Positions 58,997 through 64,000 of a stretch of DNA of 64,000 nucleotides are shown piece by piece (position 1 is the stretch's first letter; each line of letters opens with the position of its first letter). Below the pieces are notes generated by a model. It was not told where the DNA came from. It worked only from the letters and a program-made list of their open reading frames with translations, and searched no databases. The stretch spans positions 64,771-128,770 of the forward strand of contig DATHUP010000065.1 in assembly GCA_035462175.1 (NCBI GenBank). Reading direction: 5' to 3'. The translations under genes and the position numbers were made by a program. This stretch comes from Acidimicrobiia bacterium. GTDB taxonomy: Bacteria; Actinomycetota; Acidimicrobiia; Spongiisociales; ZC4RG35.

Positions 58997-59992
58997 TCAC
59001 CCCCGGGAGCGAACCTCTCCCAGGTCTACCACCCGCCCGGTGGCCGCGCTCTCCACGATCCCCTCGAGGACGACAACCGCCTCCAGGCCTTCCGCCCCAC
59101 CGGTCTCGGGTGCGGAGCCGGTCCGGACATTCACCGCGAACTCCTCCAGCTCGTCCCTGACCGTGTCCAGCACGTCGACGGGCTGGCTGGTGCGCTCCTT
59201 CTCCCCGGTGCGCTGCAGGAAGAAGCGCTCCCCGTCCATCTCGTTCCAAGCAGCGGCCTCGGTGCCCCAGACAGCGGTGCGAGCGATGTCCGGGATCACC
59301 ATGCTGGTGCCGATGAAGGCAACCGGGCCGCTGCTGAACTCGAGTGAGGCAACCGTGACATCATCGAGATTGCTCACACCGATCACCTGCTTGCTGAAGG
59401 CGGACACTCTTGCCGCAGGGCCGAGCAGGTAGTTCAGGTTGTCGGCCATGTGCACGCCGAGCCCGGTCATGCCGCCCGCCGGGCTCTCCGCCGGGTCACC
59501 GCGCCAACCGGTGCGTGGGTTGAGACCGCGTGGATTGGAGAGGTTGGCCTCCGCGTAGTGGATCACACCCAATTCGCCGGCATCCGTCATCTGCTTGAGA
59601 CGACGGTTGGCCGGCTGACGTCGTCGGTTGTGACCGACCTGAAGCACAACGCCCGCCTCGTCGGCAGCCTTGATGGCGCGTTTTGCCTCCGACACCACGA
59701 GGGTCAGTGGCTTGTCGACGAAGACGTGCTTGCCGGCCGACGCCGCCTCGACGACGAGATCGGCATGGGTCGAGTGAGGAGTGGCGATCAACACGGCCTC
59801 GACGGCCGGGTCGCCGAGCAACTCGTCGAGCGAAGATGCAGGTCGCGTCCCATGGGCTGCCGCGAACTCCTCGCGCTGCTCGCGGCTCCTGGCGAAGACG
59901 CTCACCAGCTCCAGACCGGCTTCTCTCGCCTTCTCGGCCAGGGTGCCTCCCCACCATCCCAGCCCGATCGATGCCACCTTCACCGGCTCCAT
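58997..59992 (-). CDS. Gfo/Idh/MocA-family NAD(P)-dependent oxidoreductase
   Basis: VKVASIGLGWWGG...AVLIATPHSTHADLVVEAASAGKHVFVDKPL. ATG 59992 preferred over GTG 60007. Confidence 0.85.
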   Translation of the reverse strand: MEPVKVASIGLGWWGGTLAEKAREAGLELVSVFARSREQREEFAAAHGTRPASSLDELLGDPAVEAVLIATPHSTHADLVVEAASAGKHVFVDKPLTLVVSEAKRAIKAADEAGVVLQVGHNRRRQPANRRLKQMTDAGELGVIHYAEANLSNPRGLNPRTGWRGDPAESPAGGMTGLGVHMADNLNYLLGPAARVSAFSKQVIGVSNLDDVTVASLEFSSGPVAFIGTSMVIPDIARTAVWGTEAAAWNEMDGERFFLQRTGEKERTSQPVDVLDTVRDELEEFAVNVRTGSAPETGGAEGLEAVVVLEGIVESAATGRVVDLGEVRSRG

Positions 59993-60128
59993 GTCTATCA
60001 GCTCCACCTCGTTTGACGGTTACGCAATAATCGGTATTCTACATAGTGCAGGACAGTCGGCGATTTCTACCCCTGCCTTGGAGTTCGGGACCCACCGCAG
60101 GCATCGATACGGGAGGAGAAGAGAATCA

Positions 60129-61532
60129 ATGATCTTCAGACGGAAACGCCATCCTGAATCCGAATCACGGAGACAGGCACGACGATCTGGAACACACAAG
60201 GCGATTGCACTGATCTTGGCGCTGGGGCTGGTGATGGCGGCATGCGCCGACGAGGAGGGCACGGACACCACCGAAGGCGGAGACACGGGCACGACTGCCG
60301 ACGGAGGAACAGCTACCACGGCCGGAGGCGGAGACGCAGGCGAGGAGGTCGATCTCCTGGTCTGGGTGACACGTGACTACTACATCCCGCCGGACGGGTT
60401 CGAGAGCTTCATGGCCGATAACCCCGGCATCAACGTCACCTGGGACGTCCAGGCCAACGACGACATCCTGCAGCAGTTCCTCCGGATGCGCGACGCAGGC
60501 CAGCCGTTGCCTGACGTGCTCGGCGCCGAGGACTCGTTCCTCATCGCCAGCTATGTCGAGGCAGGGTTACTCGAGTCCCACGACGAGATCGCGTCAACCT
60601 GGGAGGCCGAGGATCCGGATCAATACGGCCAGCTACTTCCCCTGGTCTGGGACGAGACCGCCCTCGACGGCGTGAAGTACGGGGCATCGATCACCGCCAA
60701 CTTCGACGTCCTCTATTACAACGCCGAATGGTTCGAGGAGGCCGGGGTCACCGTGCCCTTCGACTCCCTCGACGCCGTGCTCGACGCCATGAGAGCGATG
60801 AAGACGGCGCGACCCGACAGCATCCCGATGACGGTCCAGGCGCAGGCCGGCCAGGGCGTCACCACGCTGAAGACGATGTTGGCCGCCGCCGGGGTCGAGT
60901 ACACCGAGGCAGTCCCCGACCTCACGTCGGACGCCGGGATCTACACGATCAACTGGTTCCTCCAGGCCGCACAAGAGGAGCTGCTTCCCCCCGAGGCGAT
61001 TGCCTGGGGCGAGGACGAGTCCCGTGGCGCATTCGTGTCCGGCGACGCCGGGTTGATCCTGGACGGGTTCACCACCGCCGCCGACTTCGGTGCAGCGGAG
61101 GGCTTTGCCTATCCCGACCAGTGGAACCTGACACCGGTCCCGCTCTCCCAGTCCGGCGGTGGCGAAGACGGCGTCGCCCTCTCCGCGGCGAGGGCATGGG
61201 CAGTGGTGGCAGGAACCGAGCATCCCGATGAGGCGGCCCTGGTTCTCAGGTACATCGCCGAGACCGACAACTTGATCGAGGCGGCCGGGAACGGCTCGGT
61301 CCCGATGAGGCAGACGGAGGCGATCGAGGATCCCAGGCTGCAGGAGATCTGGCCGTTCTTCAACGAGGATCTCAAGGCGGCCTACCTGGGGAGCTCGCCG
61401 ACGCCGGCCGGCCCCAAGGCCGGCGACGTCGAGGTGATACTCGAGCAGATGTTCGGCGAGATCGTGGTCGGGACCGACAAGACCGCCGAGGAGTTGGCCA
61501 CCGAATACCAGGCGCTGCTCGACGGGATCTAG
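60129..61532 (+). CDS. ABC transporter extracellular solute-binding lipoprotein (sugar/CUT1 type)
   Basis: ALILALGLVMAAC contains a lipobox, followed by a T/G/D-rich linker and an SBP_bac_1-like body. ATG 60129 chosen. Confidence 0.85.
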   Translation: MIFRRKRHPESESRRQARRSGTHKAIALILALGLVMAACADEEGTDTTEGGDTGTTADGGTATTAGGGDAGEEVDLLVWVTRDYYIPPDGFESFMADNPGINVTWDVQANDDILQQFLRMRDAGQPLPDVLGAEDSFLIASYVEAGLLESHDEIASTWEAEDPDQYGQLLPLVWDETALDGVKYGASITANFDVLYYNAEWFEEAGVTVPFDSLDAVLDAMRAMKTARPDSIPMTVQAQAGQGVTTLKTMLAAAGVEYTEAVPDLTSDAGIYTINWFLQAAQEELLPPEAIAWGEDESRGAFVSGDAGLILDGFTTAADFGAAEGFAYPDQWNLTPVPLSQSGGGEDGVALSAARAWAVVAGTEHPDEAALVLRYIAETDNLIEAAGNGSVPMRQTEAIEDPRLQEIWPFFNEDLKAAYLGSSPTPAGPKAGDVEVILEQMFGEIVVGTDKTAEELATEYQALLDGI

Positions 61533-61643
61533 AGGAAAACCCAGTGGTGCTACGTTGAGACGAGCACCCGAAGACATGAGGCACACCCGTGACACCGTCA
61601 CGGGTGTGCTCTTCCTCAGGGGAGGCCGGGCGTTGCCCAGCAG

Positions 61644-62603
61644 ATGACAGCCACCACGATCACCAGGGAGAAACCGCGCCGTCGATGGTGGCGTCGGCGC
61701 GAGGACAGGCGCGGCCCCGACCAGAACGTGGTCCTGGGGCACAACAAGGCGACGCCCTACCTGTTCAGCCTGCCCGCCATCCTCCTCGTTGCCGCCATCC
61801 TCGGCTTCCCCGTCCTCTACGGGGTGTGGCAGAGCCTCTATACCCGGGAGACGCTCGGGTCGCCTCTGGAGTGGGTGGGCCTGGCCAACTACGTGGCGAT
61901 GTTTGATGCCCCCACCTTCTGGCATGCCATGAACCGGACCGCCATCTTCACCTTCGGTTCCCTGGTACTCGGGACCGGGCTCGGCCTGTTCTTCGCCTTC
62001 GCCCTGTTCCGGGTGGTCTCGAGGCTGCGCTTCTTGCGGGCCGTCACCGTCGCCCCCTACATCATCTCCAACGTCGCCGCCGCGGTGATGTTCCGCATCC
62101 TGTTCAACAGCCAGTTCGGCGTGCTCAATCAGGTCATCGAATGGTTCGGGGTGGACGGCCCGTCGTGGCTGGCCGATCCGGGCCTGGCCATGTTCGTCGT
62201 CATAGTCACCCAGGTATGGACCGACCTCCCCCTCACCATCCTGGTCCTGCTCGGGGGGTTGATGACGGTGGACAAGTCCTATCTCGACGCCGCCCTGGTC
62301 GACGGGGCCACGGGATGGACCCGGGCCAGACGTCTGACCATTCCCCTCCTCGCCCCACAACTCCTGATCAGCACGGTGTGGCTCTCCTACTCGACGCTCA
62401 CCGGCCTGGGAGTGGTCCTCGCCCTCACCGGGGGCGGGCCTCTCCGGGCGACCCAGACCCTGGCCATGGAGATGTACACCGTCGCCTTCCGCAATCTCGA
62501 ATTCGAGGCGGCGCTGGCCATCGCCACCTTCATCCTCGTCCTCAACGCCTTTCTAACCCTGGCCTATGTGGCCATCGGCCGTCGATACGAGTATCAGCAA
62601 TGA
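61644..62603 (+). CDS. ABC sugar transporter permease (MalF/UgpA-like)
   Basis: Six TM helices. EAA-like DAALVDGATGWTRARRLTIPLL. Confidence 0.88.
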   Translation: MTATTITREKPRRRWWRRREDRRGPDQNVVLGHNKATPYLFSLPAILLVAAILGFPVLYGVWQSLYTRETLGSPLEWVGLANYVAMFDAPTFWHAMNRTAIFTFGSLVLGTGLGLFFAFALFRVVSRLRFLRAVTVAPYIISNVAAAVMFRILFNSQFGVLNQVIEWFGVDGPSWLADPGLAMFVVIVTQVWTDLPLTILVLLGGLMTVDKSYLDAALVDGATGWTRARRLTIPLLAPQLLISTVWLSYSTLTGLGVVLALTGGGPLRATQTLAMEMYTVAFRNLEFEAALAIATFILVLNAFLTLAYVAIGRRYEYQQ

Positions 62604-63532
62604 CCGACATCCATCGCGAAGAACCTCCTTTCGCCGAGGAGACGGCGAGGGCCGCGGCGGCGGTCACCGGGCCACCACCCGAGCCTCATCGGCCGGCCGG
62701 GGGACGGGTGAGACGCGGGGTGAAGCAGGCCCTGCTCGCTCTCCCTCTCATAGCCCTGGTGGTATGGACCCTGGCCCCTTTCCTGGTCACCATCTCGGTG
62801 TCCTTCAAACAACGGGCTGCCGTCTTCGCCGAGCCCGGTCTGATCCCGACCAACCCCAACCTCGACGCCTACCGGGAGGTCCTCTCCAGCGAGAGTTTCA
62901 TCGACTCGTTCCTCAACAGCCTCATAGTCGGAGTGGGAACCACGCTCCTCACCATCGTGATCGGGGTGCCCGCCGCCTATGCCTTTGCCCGGTTCAGGTT
63001 CCGGGGACGCCATCTTCTGCTCTTGTTCACCTTGCTCCCCAGACTGGTGCCGAGCCTCGGGCTGATGGTGCCGCTGTACAGACTCGCCGTCGCCGCCGGG
63101 CTTCTCGACAAGCGCTTCACCCTGATCATCGTCTACACGGGAATGCTCCTCCCACTTGCTGTCTGGCTGATGGTCGGGTTCTTCCAGCAGATCCCGCGGG
63201 AGATCGAGGAGGCGGCCAATGTCGACGGCGCAAGCCTGTGGGGCCGTCTCCGCTACATAGTGGCCCCCCTGGCCTCACCGGCGATGATCACCATCGGCGT
63301 GCTCGCCTTTCGCGAGGCGTGGAACGAGTTCACCCTCGTGCTGGTCCTGACCACGTCGCCGGGCAAGCGCACCCTCCCCTTCGAGCTGTACCTGATGCAG
63401 GGGATCGAGGGCATCGCCAACTTCCCGGGCGAGGCCGCCTTCACACTGCTGACGGTCCTCCCCTTCATCCTGGTGTACACCCGGGTGGAGCGATATGTCG
63501 TCGCCGGCCTGGTCACCGGTTCGGGCAAGTGA
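62600..63532 (+). CDS. ABC sugar transporter permease (MalG/UgpE-like)
   Basis: EEAANVDGASLWGRLRYIVAPL (EAA loop). ATG 62600 overlaps the upstream stop as ATGA. Confidence 0.88.
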   Translation: MTDIHREEPPFAEETARAAAAVTGPPPEPHRPAGGRVRRGVKQALLALPLIALVVWTLAPFLVTISVSFKQRAAVFAEPGLIPTNPNLDAYREVLSSESFIDSFLNSLIVGVGTTLLTIVIGVPAAYAFARFRFRGRHLLLLFTLLPRLVPSLGLMVPLYRLAVAAGLLDKRFTLIIVYTGMLLPLAVWLMVGFFQQIPREIEEAANVDGASLWGRLRYIVAPLASPAMITIGVLAFREAWNEFTLVLVLTTSPGKRTLPFELYLMQGIEGIANFPGEAAFTLLTVLPFILVYTRVERYVVAGLVTGSGK

Positions 63533-63548
63533 ACGACCGCACGTGTCC

Positions 63549-64000
63549 ATGGACAAGCTGATAATCACCGCCGCCTGCGATTCGTCGGTCTCCTACCCGT
63601 CCAATCCCCACTGCCCCGCCCCCACCCGGGAGAACACGGCGCTGATCGCCGAGGAGTACGTCAGATGCGTGGATGCCGGAGCAGCCATCTCGCATCTCCA
63701 CGGAGTCCGCAAGCTCGAGGCGGAGCTACAGGCCGACGGGCGCAAGCTGAGCCGGATCGACGTTGAAGGCTGGGCCGAGATCACCGAGGGGATCCGCACC
63801 GAGCGGGACACGATCATCCAATACGGCATCGCCGGGGCCCGCTTCGATCACCGGGCTCCCTTGCTCGACCTGGGACCGGAGATGATGTCGGTGGCCTTCA
63901 ACGCCCACGACGAGTACTTCCAGCCCGACCCCGATCACCCGCCCAATGCCATCTACTCCTTGCACCCCCTCGAGGAGCTGCGCGACTATGCGCGTGAGCT
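63549..64000 (+). CDS. beta-keto acid cleavage enzyme family (BKACE/DUF849), 3' end cut by window edge
   Basis: Not in the ORF track because it is open at the edge. My translation from ATG 63549 is MDKLIITAACDSSVSYPSNPHCPAPTRENTALIAEEYVRCVDAGAAISHLHGVR...IIQYGIAG..., which fits the DUF849 N-terminal pattern. Confidence 0.7.
   Translation, partial: MDKLIITAACDSSVSYPSNPHCPAPTRENTALIAEEYVRCVDAGAAISHLHGVRKLEAELQADGRKLSRIDVEGWAEITEGIRTERDTIIQYGIAGARFDHRAPLLDLGPEMMSVAFNAHDEYFQPDPDHPPNAIYSLHPLEELRDYARE

Noticed and set aside
60633-62360. 575-aa minus-strand ORF
   Set aside because: It is antisense to the solute-binding protein and first permease genes, with a G/R/P/E/D-rich low-complexity product.

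Overview
Visibly GC-rich (GC not computed), densely coding chromosomal segment of an Actinomycetota-type genome. Lineage markers are a WhiB1-like protein, Ni-SOD with a SodX protease, Rho with an R/G/D-rich insert, Ku/LigD and DUF3107. I support about 75 genes, 2 tRNAs and no rRNA, CRISPR, transposase or integrase. Layout, left to right: (1) 1-4078, minus strand, a bacterial microcompartment (BMC) operon cut by the window edge. It encodes an acylating aldehyde dehydrogenase, BMC-P, BMC-H, a CcmP-like BMC-T, deoxyribose-phosphate aldolase and an RpiB-like isomerase, which is the comparative-genomics 'SPU' (sugar-phosphate utilisation) type, and all three enzymes carry N-terminal encapsulation-peptide-like helices. 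(2) Housekeeping and miscellaneous genes: metG, sodN plus a sodX-DNA glycosylase fusion, an amidase and korAB. (3) paaABCDE with a TetR regulator and a perfect 18-bp operator-like palindrome. (4) ABC-F and an RCK K+ channel. (5) The protocatechuate branch: pobA-pcaCHGBD and pcaIJ. (6) The F1Fo ATP synthase operon, then glyA, tsaC and prmC. (7) A plus-strand response-regulator / HEAT-repeat / processive GT2 synthase cassette that splits the normally adjacent prfA-prmC pair. (8) prfA, DUF1385, rpmE, rho, thrC, tRNA-Arg, ku/ligD, whiB, prs-glmU and tRNA-Gln. (9) A CocE hydrolase, a Gfo/Idh/MocA oxidoreductase, sugar-type ABC transporter components and a BKACE gene cut by the right edge. The observations most worth a second look are the BMC operon, the RR-HEAT-GT2 cassette, the SodX-AlkA fusion, and a TIR-flanked 118/151-bp repeat present twice in opposite orientation. 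Also notable are decayed tRNA-Gln-like tandem units, a Ni-hook Pro-to-Phe variant in SodN, and two perfect TGTGA-N6-TCACA sites upstream of the atp operon and whiB. All family assignments rest on motif recognition by eye and need HMM or BLAST confirmation.
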